A stretch of DNA of 46,855 nucleotides, the filler included, from Catajapyx aquilonaris (Eukaryota): NCBI GenBank assembly GCA_000934665.2. It is 2 parts of 2 records of this genome, joined end to end, with 100 filler letters (N's around TTAATTAATTAA, not from the genome) between each part and the next. Parts side by side here need not be neighbours in the genome. Positions count along the whole stretch, not along the records: positions 23,725 to 46,855 come from JYFJ02005738.1; 1 more part is not named here. One strand, 5' to 3'. Positions 24,356 to 36,205 of the stretch are shown in pieces. The notes below the pieces were generated by a model. That model was not told the origin of the DNA and ran no database searches. It saw only the letters and a list, made by a program, of their open reading frames with translations. The translations under genes and the position numbers were made by a program. Within the stretch, counting starts at the first letter, position 1. The number at the start of each line of letters is the position of its first letter.

Positions 24356-24590
24356 TATAGTAAAAAAGGTAGTAAGTGCCATTTTGGGAGAATGCAGAAA
24401 ATGCTGTTTTTTCTCATGGCGTCACTATGAGGTGACATGAAATAATATTCTATTGACTGCAAGAAAAACTACTACGGGTTGCTTCTGGCACTTGATGCCT
24501 ATTTTACAATATTTCCCTTGACATTTACTACTGTTTTTACTTCATATCTCCATTTTCGCATTTTTGTCACTTACTACCTTTTTTACTATA
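24356..24590. mobile_element. MITE with 23-bp perfect inverted ends
   Basis: TATAGTAAAAAAGGTAGTAAGTG (24356-24378) and its reverse complement (24568-24590). Confidence 0.75.
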
Positions 24591-24782
24591 GGTCTTCACT
24601 TGTTTTCACCATTAAAACACGAATTAACTTTCAATAGGGTTTTCATTGCTTTATGCTGGGCTGCACCAATTAAGGCTGATTGACAAATATTGTAACAAGT
24701 ATTCACGTTTGGCGACTTTTTCACAATTAACTTTATACCATGTTTTACTAATATGCTACAAATGGAATTGTTCCTTGCATAC

Positions 24783-25007
24783 CTACTGGGAGCAATGCCC
24801 CCGATATTCCATCCTGATAGAAGCCTCATAGCTCATGTAGTGCCTCCCTCCTTCACCCCTCACAGAGATGTGAGGGGTGTGACCAAGTTCTGCACTGCAG
24901 TGGATGTGTGGTGTGGTGACCGATAACTTTCCACTTGCCGGGCTGAAGCGTGTGTTGCAGCTATTTCCACTTACCTCTACTGTTCCATCACTTTTATCAA
25001 CTGACAC
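24783..25007 (-). CDS. uncharacterised protein, coding exon 3 (VSVDKSDG...RGHCSQ*)
   Basis: Acceptor CTTCCACTTTTATGCAG|GTG, phase 0, matching the exon-2 donor. Ends at TAG 24785-24783; an overlapping GTAGGT donor could extend it. Confidence 0.7.
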   Translation of the reverse strand: MSVDKSDGTVEVSGNSCNTRFSPASGKLSVTTPHIHCSAELGHTPHISVRGEGGRHYMSYEASIRMEYRGHCSQ

Positions 25008-26077
25008 CTGCATAAAAGTGGAAGTTCATTTTAAAATCACAAGTAGCTCATCATAAATTATGACGCCCATTATGATAGGGATGCCAGGGTGAATAAGGAC
25101 ACAAGTTACAAAAATTCTTAAACTATTATTGCCATTTAAAAAAATGGAAAATATCAAAATATTATTTTTGCAGGAGTGAAAGTAAGTCATTTCTCTCTGA
25201 ATTTCGGTACACAAAATTGTGTACAAAATTATTTTTGTGCAGATTGGCATGGTCTCACCATGCCAATCTGCACAAAAATAATACACAGTGGAATGCAGTG
25301 GTGTTTGGTGAGTAATTTCGGATCTACTTACAATTGGTGAACTTTTAAAATTTTTATTTGTTTGTGAAAAATATTTTTGTATCTACAGTGAGGTAAAAGG
25401 GATACGGCAAAAAATTAAGTCTTTCAACATTTTAATAGGGTGCAATTGAAGACCTCGGGGGAAGAACGATCCAAGTCCACTTTTTGTCAAAATTAAGCTA
25501 CATATCTCAGAAGATAATTTCACTAGTGTAGAATATGATGGTTTGGTCGTGGTTGTTGAGTAATGATCATTGGTCACTATGGAAGGCCCCGAAAGTGGAA
25601 TTTACAATAGAACCTTAGGGGCCTTAGAAATTTAAAATTGGAATATCTCCGTTTCGCATGAAGTGGACCTTGATCGTACTGCCAATTATTCAATTATTCT
25701 TCAATTCTTCAATTATTCATTAAAATTAGCTAAGCATTGCTGCGATGACAATTGGATTTCAGAGAATTTGAATTGGGAAAAGCTACTTTATTGTTTTAAG
25801 TAGCCTACATTCTAGGTTAGACCTATAACATGCAACATTGGATATAACATTTTTATAAGTAAAAATAATTTTGCATAAAACTGCTGGAGGTAATAATTGC
25901 AACTATTTTTGGCCATCAAACATTTCCTAAAACAAAAATTAAGTGCCTATTAACCACAGTTGCCTGTTGAAAAAGTGATTTACAGTTAAAACAACAGTCG
26001 TCCCGAATCCCTATTGACCCCACCTTTGCATTTGGGATGAATAGGGACAGCCGGAGAGGCATATAAATATCAATATA

Positions 26078-26538
26078 CAGGGTGCAGGAAACTGTCCCTT
26101 CACTTTGGGGGATGGTAGAGGGATTCTAGGCGACCATTTTAAGTAAAAGTGTTGTAGGTCTCAGTCTCCGCAGAGTAGTTACTGAGATAATTAGTATAAA
26201 ATAAAGAGTAGGCCTGCATGAGAGCATCATTTATGTCAGATATACAGCTTACGACACTTCCATTGGATAGGAAACTTCCTGCTACACCTGACGGAATTGC
26301 ATCTTAAATTTAAATTTATTGTATGGTGAGACCTAAAAATGAAGAGGGTAAGATCACACAGAGGGATGCATACTGCCAGGATATTTTTTACCTTCTGTTT
26401 GAAGTCCATTATCTTAGTAGCTAATTAGCTATGCTGTGGAGGCCTACGATGCCTATACAGTATACTTAAACTGATGGCTAGAACGAGAACCCCTCTATCA
26501 TACTCCTAAGCAAAGGCACACTGAATTTCTGCACCCTG
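26078..26538. mobile_element. old Tc1/mariner-type MITE within an intron
   Basis: TA|CAGGGTGCAGGAAA...TTTCTGCACCCTG|CA with long degenerate inverted arms. Confidence 0.7.
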
Positions 26539-27441
26539 CATGTAATACTAAGCATGCAGTACAGGTATATCTGTACATGTAACAGGTTTAAGTTGGAGAG
26601 AAAAATATATTGTGTGCTCCAGTATGCTTAATGCAAAGGGTTTAAGACAAAAATTTAAAATTTAAACATTATATTCATACAGTAACAGTACACAAAACCC
26701 CAAAAGTGTCCCTATTCACCCCATTTTATGGTACCCGGTATGTCCTTAACAGCGCAAATAAAACTTTGCACATGTGGATGGGTTAAATGTGACTGTCAAA
26801 TGCATACCACAGCTGAACAACATACCAAAAGTGAGTCATAATCAAGTAGAAGTTGTATCATTGTGTACTTGTAGGTAGCAGAATCAGATGTGCCCCATGT
26901 GCAGTCAGATGCAAACCATTCTAGGAAATGCTCTACTATATGAAAAAGCCAACTATCTCACGTCAGCACCTAGGCTGTGAAAACCGAAGTGACCCCTCGA
27001 CATAAAGTGATCTTCTTATTCCTAGGATGTGACCTTAGAAGTTTGTCAGAATAATTTCGAAACACCCTGTAGAAATATGTCAACTTCATGCAGGAATGGA
27101 CAACTTTGTTTTCACTTTTCAAAATCATTTCCCTCTCACCTCACCCATTCTGGATGAAATTCACCTAAATTATATCACCTTTACCACCTATCTGGATCTG
27201 AATTCATTCTCCCCCGAGATTATAATATAGTTAGACACAAAACCTGGACATGCAGCAAATCTGAATGATATTTTTCTCACAGTGAGTAAACAGACTAAAC
27301 ACCATACAAAATATAGACCCAGAAAGAAAGATATCAGCAAGAAATGGTCATGGTACTCCATTCTCAGTATATCAGTGGTCAGCAAACTCCCCCAAACTGT
27401 CTGGCAAGAATTTGAAAGCAACTGTGAAGTTGCTCACTCAC

Positions 27442-27948
27442 ATGAATGTCATGTATCATCCAGTTCTTGAAATGGTCTCCAACCCAAAAGTCCGCGTCTG
27501 TGCTCTCTAGCACTGAGTGGAAATTTGTTGGCAAAGCTGGGCCATGCTTAGGTAGAAAAACCACCATAGTAGGGTCATCAGTAATACCCCCATAATTTTG
27601 GTCAGTCGTAAGAGACATTCTCTGTTCCCAATTGATGGTTGTCTTATTACGACACATCTTTGCCATGTGGTATTTTCCGCTTGGTGTTCGAGTTATCAGT
27701 TGCACTTCGTTCTCATTCTTTTGCCACATGTTGGCATTTGGCATCGTTAAAGCAGCAGCAGACCCTTGTGCAGAAACAGACAGGGCTGTCTTGGCTATTT
27801 CACTGTGTACTCGAAATGCTTTGTTGGGAGCAATTTCGACAGACACCCACTGTAAGTCGAGGAGAACATTTCCACGGACGGTGACTGTCAAATTGCTCAT
27901 GCAACTTTCCAGGTTGTTATCTGTGATGCTGGAGAACTTTATGCCGGC
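27442..27948 (-). CDS. uncharacterised protein, coding exon 2 (AGIKFSS...WMIHDIH, 169 aa)
   Basis: Acceptor TCTTATTTATAG|GCC, donor CAT|GTGAGT, both phase 0. 507 nt with no stop, in AT-rich surroundings. Confidence 0.75.
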
Positions 27949-29229
27949 CTATAAATAAGAGAAATACCTTCATTTCATATGCATGATTCATTGTAATGTG
28001 ATCATCAGTGATCATCAGTCAGAACAGTGTAATAGGCAGTAATGACTACATAACAATATTTCTGAAAGTTTTAATTTGAGGATGTAGCATGTGATGTATC
28101 AAATGCATACAGATTGATAACTAGAATCATAATGAGTTTGAAGATTGATGCACAGCATTGTGCAATGGCTGACCATTACATAACACACTGTGCCATGTGT
28201 GTATACCATAGATTAGGAGGATTTGTACGGTACGTCTTTCCCGGAAAATGTAGAATTAGTTCATTTCAATATTTCAGAATGTGAGGATGTTTAGCTTTGT
28301 TGAGAAATGGGACCATCGATGACGTAGTGAAATATCAGTGTTCCCTCATTACAACGAAGGCAGGTTTGTGTGAAGGAGGACATAAAATTTGAACGAGATT
28401 TTTGTGATGAATTAAAGCCTATATGCACAGGTTTTGAAACTATAGCCTCCACATAATAAAATCATCATAGGCCACATCTTTGGTGGAAAGGATCTGCTAA
28501 GGGAATTTTTATTCTTTCTTGGACCAGCATAATTTTAATGGAAGTTGTTCCTAGTAATGTCCGATGGAAAAGTCGAAATCAGTTTTGTCTATTGTATATT
28601 CTAGAATTTATTGAGAAAATATGAATTCAAGTTTCTCATTTGTGCCATTATTCTCATGGTAAAATCATCACATGAGAAACTATATAGCAATGCTGCATTT
28701 TTGTTTTTTATTCTTCAAGCAATGGTAGATGACAACTGATTTTTAGAGTGGCATATGGTTCATTAACACTGATATTCAACGAAATAAATAATTTTGTAAC
28801 ACTGGTTACACGGGTTCATGCCCCTTCTAAAGGGAATACAATCATGGGAAGATATTATGATTTTGGAAACATTAACAAAAATAATTACAGCTTTATCAAA
28901 AATTGTCATCTCGAAAAATGAGACATAATCTGCCATTGCTGAAAATATCAAAATAAAAATTATTTAACATTCTGTGGTGATATTAATGCAAATTTCACAC
29001 ATGGATTTTTGAAGTACCAAAATTGATACAAGTACTACAAAACTAAGATTCACTTTTTCATCTGCCATTCATTAATTAGGAACAACTTGCACTAAAATTG
29101 TGGAAGTTGAAGGAATCCTGCAACCAATCCTTTCATGATAGTCGGGCACTCCTCAACTTGCTAAAAATCAGATAAGCCGCACCAGCACTATCATGTAGAA
29201 TGCTCATTAGACCATTTCCCCAAACTCAC

Positions 29230-29361
29230 CTGGTGCTGTTCCCCCAACTTTTTGTTGTTGGGAGTGGTGACAGTCTTGTTTGAGTCTCCTCGGGTCTTAT
29301 CTGGTAGCGGCATCAACAGTTTGTTCCCACTCATAACTTTTCCTCCTTTGTTTGCATTCAT
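29230..29361 (-). CDS. uncharacterised protein, probable coding exon 1 (MNANKGG...GEQHQ)
   Basis: ACAGCCATG start context. Strong donor CAG|GTGAGT in phase 0, compatible with exon 2. Confidence 0.55.
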
Positions 29362-29508
29362 GGCTGTTTTTGTAATAGTAAGAGACAATAATAATATGTA
29401 CCAAAATTTTCAAAATATAAACCAACCTTTCAGAACATGTGTTTGTTTGTTACAGAGGCAAAAGCAACTAAGGCTATCTGGCTACCAGAAAAGAGACAGG
29501 TGGTTAAA

Positions 29509-29663
29509 CCCTGTAATGCCCCTTGGGTCATATCTGGCACACCATTTAGTGCAATTTGGCACTTACAGGAAATATAAAAATTGCAAAAGTTGCAAAAATT
29601 GCACTAAATGGTGTGCCAGATATGACCCAGTGGGCATTACTTAGATTAGTGGGCATTACAGGG
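29509..29663. mobile_element. piggyBac-like MITE
   Basis: TTAA(A)CCCTGTAATGCCC...GGGCATTACAGGG|TTAA. Inner inverted repeat TGGGTCATATCTGGCACACCATTTAGTGCAATTT. Confidence 0.85.
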
Positions 29664-31358
29664 TTAAAGAGAGAGGGATATTTTGAGACAGGAAAACTGA
29701 AAACAAAAGAAAAAAAGGAGAGTTGCTGGTGTCTCTCCTGGTCTGCCTCATACCCCATGAAGACCTTATTGCAACATGGGAGACTCTACCACTAGTCAAA
29801 GCTACTGCAGGCATAGCTCTCGAATGTTAGGATGTTCCTTGAATTTTTTCTGATAAAACATAACCTGACTAGTTAGCAACTTTCAGCAACCGGTGTACGT
29901 ACAGTGTTGGTGAACAACTGGTCAAGCAACCAGCTGCAAGTAACCAGTTAGCAACCACTGGTGACCCATCGTCATTAACCTGTGGCAACCATAGGTAACA
30001 CATTAGTAATGAGCAACTGGTGTACTGTACACCATCAGTGGAAGCTGCTAATCCCTTGACAGAACGTTCACTTGACCATACCTTTTATAAGCTCGTCGGT
30101 GTTGGAACAGCAGGTCTGCGGCTTGAGTGATGTAAAATCATCTAGCCCTAGCCGTCTTGGTTTGGTGTAGCCCTATACTGAAACAGTGAATAACTTAGTG
30201 TGTTTATATAGTAGTCCTAACTGTTGCCTGGCAATGCATACCATATATGATGCATATATCGTAAATATATTATTCTGTTGGAATTCAGTGGAATTCTTTG
30301 ACTACCGGTACCTAAGGCATTTAAAAGCCAGTGAACTATATAGACAGCTGAAGAGCGAGGTGACAGAAACCTACCAGTCTCATCAGCTGGAGCTGTGAGC
30401 AACAATGTGAAGGCTGGCGTAAAGTCCAACTGCCGTTCCCTCCCCGATTCGAATGGTGGTGAAAGGGGAGTGACCTACTACTGCCTACTGGAACAAGTAC
30501 TGGAATAATCGGGAATGATAAACAAATAAAAAAAAGAACGTCTGACGTGGCCCCGATTGAGCGTATCCACTCATGAGGCGGCATTTTTCAAAAGCCTCTA
30601 AGCTGTTCTCGTAACGCGGTTAATTGGGAAGGCATCAGCAAGTTTTCATGACATTTGCGTAATACTGATGTGATAGAAAAGCCAGAAACGGTCAAGTCCT
30701 TAACCGTTCACAAGCTGGCGAGGACCAGTGTTTTCGAGCGAATTTGACAGTAGCCTATACATTTTAGACTTGGAGTGAACGAGAGGTCAGTGGACGAATG
30801 GAGTTCTAGAATATTGGTTTCTCGCTATCGCTATGACGGATTTTCGCGAGCTAGTGAACACATTTTGAAAGGTTGGTTCGCAAGTTCGCCAGAACCGGGG
30901 TTTCAGTATTCGGATTTCAAACGAAAAAAATTCTCGCATCCACTGTATTTTTATAAAAAGCCTTCCAGGATTCAGGTTCATCTTCCCCTGATCTTCCCAA
31001 TAGTAAAGAGAGTATTGTTAAGAGGGGCATTGTTGAGGCTCACTTATATATCATAATTATGCATGTCAGAGACCCAGAGGCGGATGTAGACGTCGTTGTT
31101 GTTGGGAGGGGGGGGGGTGATTTGTCGCCGCGCTCCCCCCTTCCCACCCCCTAAACCAAATAAGCCCGCTGCAGGCGAAAAATTTTTAAAACTCTGTAAG
31201 CACATCGGATAAAAGCAAGTAAAATTCAATTATTTTCTGTTTCTNNNGGGGGGGGGGGGGGGGCCTTGGGGATTCTGGGCTGGGGGTGACAAGGGGGATA
31301 GGACTAGTCCTGGCGCAGTAGTTAGGAGTTGGTGCATCAGGGTGTTCAGGAGTTTGGA

Positions 31359-31393
31359 GGTTGTTGTTGTGGTTGTTGTTGTTGACGACTACG

Positions 31394-31431
<38 letters not shown>
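31359..31431. repeat. compound (GTT)n/(CTA)n microsatellite
   Basis: Trinucleotide runs seen directly. Confidence 0.95.
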
Positions 31432-31433
<2 letters not shown>

Positions 31434-31450
31434 GGCCAGTGTCTCCCCAG

Positions 31451-33410
31451 CAGCCCACGGACACTACCCCTATCTTCTGGGCTTATCACCTGCCGAGGGA
31501 TTACGCACCGACTGCTCACGTGAGACCTCCACGAGACATTTCCCAGAGCATTTATGTGGCGACCCTACCGGACTAAGGCTGAACTTTATAGGTACGAGAG
31601 GGAAGCGCGGGGAAGCGCTACATGCTGCTGGCCCAACATGGCCGCCGGCGGCCATGTTGGACCCCACAAGCCCTTTCCTTTCGTACCTATAAAGTTCAGC
31701 CTTAGTCCGGTAGGGTCGCCACATAAATGCTCTGGGAAATGTCTCGTGGAGGTCTCAAGTGAGCAGTCGGTGCGTAATCCTTCGGCAGGGGGTGGGTGGG
31801 GAGTGACCTAACCTGTCTTCTACAGCCGTGCTCCCCAGCAATTGACACTGGACTACACCTCTACACCTTCATGACGTGACCTTATCAAGTTGTCACTTTA
31901 GCTGCGGGCCTATTTCCAAGCGGATTGCCTCTTAGTTTTACAGAATTCAGCTACAGCTAGTGCCTGTGTCAGAGGAGTTTTGCGGACACTGGCACTGGTG
32001 AACTCATCTTCAATATTTAGATGTGGAATCGCGCATACCAGATAAATGGCCTTTCCAACAGGGTACGTGTAACAATACAGAAGGTTGTTTCACGTCTATG
32101 TGACCGATTTGAAATGGTCGATTTACCTTACGTGAACCCTCGTCGCCGCCACCAGCGATTATGCCCGATGTGCTTCCCTTGGTTCCGCACTATCGCCCGA
32201 CAATGGAGTTTTCATTGCAACAGGCTGCGTTACAAAGATACGAGGTCAATCGCGTCCCATTCCTCGCGGCAAGCTTTCCAGAGCCAAGCCACTGACTTGG
32301 GGCGCCGACTTCCAAGGGCTCGTTTTAGGAGGCCAAATCCACAGAAATCCATGGGGGATGCATCAGGAGATTTGACAGGGATTGCAGAAAATGGTATGGC
32401 ACGTATCCCGGTGTAACGGGCGAAACGTACCCCGGGCGAAATGTACCTCCCCCCCCCCCCCCNCCCCCCGGTACAAATCGCCCGGGTTATTTCCCATGTT
32501 TCTGTCCATGAAGGCCGCCGTTGAAGGCCGCCGTTGAACGCGACGTACGACTTGATGCCTTATTGTCTTGATGCAACCACACTTTGTTGACATCCCAGGC
32601 TTCCAGCCGAAGATCTCCCCGGATGATGCGATTAACAGTTGCCACGGACCTCAGAGTACGGAATATATGCCACGGACACTCCCACACGTGATGCGATGTG
32701 CCGTTGTGTCTTCGGGTTCTCCTGGGTGACCATGGCTCTCACCTTTGCTGCGATGAGCCGATTTCGGCCGGACGTGGGTCTCCTTTCCTTCTTCTCCTGC
32801 TGCACCATGGACTGATGGGGGTCCATTCTTGTTCCGTTTCAACACGCCCTGCACACATGGTTTAGATTTTAGATACCTTGTAACCTTTCACCTTGCACTG
32901 TTGTACTATCTTGGACTGCGAGTATCCCGCGTCGGAAAGTGCTACTATGTATCCCTACCAGGCCTATGACACTCCTCGAATACGGTAGGTTAACACCTGT
33001 GTCCTGGCCAGACGGCGCTAATGGCGAATGTCCCTCCCATGGTTGTAGAAGACTCAGGTTAGGTCCCTCCCCACCCACCCCCTGCCGAGGGGTTTTGCAG
33101 CGGGTGCTCACCTGAGACCGCCACGAGACATTTCCCAGAGCATTTATGTGGCGACCCTACCGGACTAAGGCTGAACTTTACAGGTACGAAAGGGAAGCGC
33201 TACATGCTGGCCCAACATGGCCGCCGGCGGCCATGTTGGGCCCCCCAATGTAGCCCTCCCCTTTCGTACATATAAAGTTCAGCCTTAGTCCGGTAGGGTC
33301 GCCACATAAATGCTCTGGGAAATGTCTCGTGGCGGTCTCAGGTGAGCACCCGCTGCAAAACCCCTTGGCAGGTGATAAGCCCAGAAGATAGGGGTAGTGT
33401 CCGTGGGCTG
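31451..33410 (-). mobile_element. Tc1/mariner-superfamily element with ~380-bp inverted arms, each containing a ~300-bp palindrome
   Basis: Outer TIR CAGCCCACGGACACTACCCCTATCTTCTGGGCTTATCACCTGCC, perfect at both ends. Palindromes at 31489-31789 and 33081-33372. Decayed transposase inside. Confidence 0.85.
32130..32890 (-). pseudogene. decayed IS630-Tc1-mariner transposase
   Basis: HTH-like KTQRHIASRVGVSVA..TVNRIIRGDL, then WLHQD.KASS and IPVKSPDASPMDFCGFGLLKRAL...EEWDAI. Frameshifts, an internal deletion and a small insertion at about 32410-32495. Confidence 0.8.
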
Positions 33411-34283
33411 GGTTGGACCGTCCGGCTAGTGGGCGGTGATTGGTGGAGGGGGGAAACGTCACGGGGAGGATAAATTCAAACTGGGATAGCCGGATAGGGC
33501 TTTCCATGCAATGTCATGCACTTTACGTAATTATTTTCACACACTTCTAAGTGAGCTAAAAATTTGAGAATTGGCAGACCTGTAACGCAGACATCCAAGA
33601 CTACGTCAAATGTCCCGAATCACACATTTTCGCCCTGGGGCCGGCCCACGGGCGAAAGTTCTTAGGCAAGGCAAAAAGGGCATAATTCCCTTCTTGGCTA
33701 ACCTAATGACACAAATTGGCACACTGAACACTGACATGGAAATGAAAGCAGTGGTAAAAGTACGAGAACCTAATCGCTCTGCTTCGGGGCGGCCAAGAGG
33801 CTTGTATAAAAGTGGGAAGAAGCGCAGAAATTGTTAGAGGATATTGAAATACAAGTAATTCATTACTTTATTGTTTATTGTCATTTCCAACACCGACGAT
33901 AATCTTTTCAAATATGATGAAGTATGATTTTGTTAAAGATTATATTAGTATTTTACGTCAGTACAAGTTAAGTGCAATAAAGGATGAAACATAATAAGAC
34001 TGCAGAGGTATTTTGACAATATTTTGGCACATCAGGCTTTTGTTTCAGAAGTAGCTGCCTTGAAACCAATCAGGAAAAGTGGACATCTGCGTACCGTATA
34101 TTGGGGGCCTAAATTCATTACCACGCACATGCAACTGGGTGCATCACGTGCACAAATATTTTGGCGAAGCTGCTTTTTTATTAGCTGCGCTGACTCACGG
34201 CTGTTCGTGTAGTTTATTGTTTGTCCCGCTGGAGGTGCTGGAGTCCCGCTGGCTTCGCGTCACGGCCGGTATGGTGGTGCAAG

Positions 34284-35200
34284 ATGGGCGGATCGGAGTG
34301 TGCAGTGGCTATTTGCAAAAATTATTATAGCAGAACTCGCGAAAGAAATGTAATCTATCACAGATTTCCGAAGGATCCGATCCTGTGCAAGCAGTGGCTG
34401 ATGAAGTGTAAAAGGGGTGATGTAGTGAATGTTAAAGATGCTAGAATCTGTTCAGATCATTTTATACCGGATGACTATGAAAGAGACCTACGAATCGAGT
34501 TGCTAGGGTTACCGCCCAAAAGAATATTGAACGCAAATTGACTATTGAAGAAGAAACCACCACTGCAGTTCTGCAAGTGGCCGGGTATCCTGAAAATGAT
34601 GAAGTTTTACCTGCCTCACCTGACTGTACATCTGCCGCAACTTCTTTTGATGCCACAGGATTGGTATGTATCTATTAGTCTACGATAAACTTATTTTTTT
34701 TAAATGATTTTTCTCTCTCTACAGGAGTCAATAATTAATGAACCATCTACGAGTAGTGTGGTTGCTACTCATTCATCAAATATTGACACACCAATTTCAC
34801 ATTCATCAACTAGTGGCGTGGATAGAAGGGGAAAGAGACATAGTGCACGTAGCATACGGAAGCGGGCTATTGACACTCTGGAAAATGTATCACCCATTAA
34901 GAGGTCGCGAACATCAGAAACTCAAACAGACAGCATCCTCAGCAGTCCTGCACAGAAAAAAAGGGAAAGTAGTTTACTTCGAGAAAATGAGCGACTGAAG
35001 AAGACTATTGCAAACCTTACTGCTTCGAATACAGCTAGAGGCTTGGAAGTACAAAATTACAAGAAGATTTGCACTCGGCAGAAAAGAGTTTTGAAAGCAA
35101 AACAAGCCAAAATAGACTCTGCTGTAGAAGACAAAGTGACAAAAGTTTTCAGTAAAATATTTACGCCCAGGCAGATACGTGCTCTCACCACTGGAAAGGT
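34284..35200 (+). pseudogene. THAP-domain P-element-like transposase, 5' relic with intron
   Basis: MGGSECAVAIC...HRFPKD...W...C...RICSDHF (THAP C2CH zinc finger). Frameshift where the AVP motif is expected. Intron 34664-34724 (GTATGT...TACAG). Coiled coil then FSKIFTPRQIRAL. No catalytic domain. Confidence 0.85.
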
Positions 35201-35416
35201 CCATGGTGTATCTAACACAGGAAGCAGGCATCATTTATGACCAATGTATAAGTGAGGGAGTCATAATCATTGGTATCAGCACACTTCATTAAGGGCAAAT
35301 TGCATTTATTTACATGGCTGTGGATAGCATTCCTTAACATTTGGCACCTACATTCATGTAAGTTCTTAAATTCCTCCGCATTATTTGTGCATGTGCCAGC
35401 TCCCATTATGCAATTA

Positions 35417-35773
35417 TTGGGGAGGTGTGGTGGCTGTGATGGTATAACGTCACGGCTTGCTGAGTGAAAGGCCCCAGGTTCGATCCCCGCCTGGGGAACT
35501 TTCCTTTCACCTGCGTCAGGAGGGTCTCTGACCTGCACCAAGGAGGTATCTGGCAACCTAACCTCCTGGGGGACAGCACATGGCCCAATAGCAAATGACA
35601 CTGTACCTTGCACACAGGTTCCCTCCCCAAAAATCCCAATCCTTTCCCATTGTCCTTGTTTCCTTGCACCGGTGAATGAAGAGAAAAATATACAGAAAAC
35701 TGATGGTGGTATGCCACCCCCCTATAGCTCCCATAGAGGGACATCACAGGGTAATAAAAATAAAAGATAAAAA
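35417..35773 (+). mobile_element. tRNA-derived SINE family B, copy 3
   Basis: 12-bp TSD ATTATGCAATTA (35405-35416, 35774-35785). Homologous to copies 1 and 2. Confidence 0.9.
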
Positions 35774-36205
35774 ATTATGCAATTAGTTCCAATAATACAG
35801 AATCCTACAACCCCCAGTTAGTTACTCTTTGATTGCCACAATTCTGCAATGATTTTGAGTCACATGGATTTGACCTTAAACAGCACCACGTAATGGCAGG
35901 CGTTCCACTCCCAAGAACCCAAAATAAATTCTGAAGAAAGTAATGGGGGATGTAAATAACCACACCAGGCTTCTATTGAAATGACTTTGTTTCAAATCTG
36001 AAAACACAGCAAATTAACTTATCTACAACATTCACTCGGAAAAAATGAGATTGACTTCAAGTGAGAAGGTAAGCATGGGAACATAGAAAAAAAAAATCAA
36101 CCACACTTTTTGTCAGGCCCAATCACCCGCAATTAAATTACATGTCTCTCCAAACTCGAGGGGGGCAAGAAACGGCAAAATTGTCCACACACTCGCCACG
36201 CGTGT

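Noticed and set aside
25990..26735. pogo-like TIR fragments (GGGGTGAATAGGGACA motif)
   Set aside because: Probably real relics, but boundaries could not be fixed.
31342..31811. Mirror-image ORFs on both strands
   Set aside because: By-products of the microsatellite and the palindrome.
34323..34338. 16-bp identity TATTATAGCAGAACTC with 4849-4864
   Set aside because: One AT-rich 16-mer match is plausible by chance in a 47-kb self-comparison, and it does not extend.
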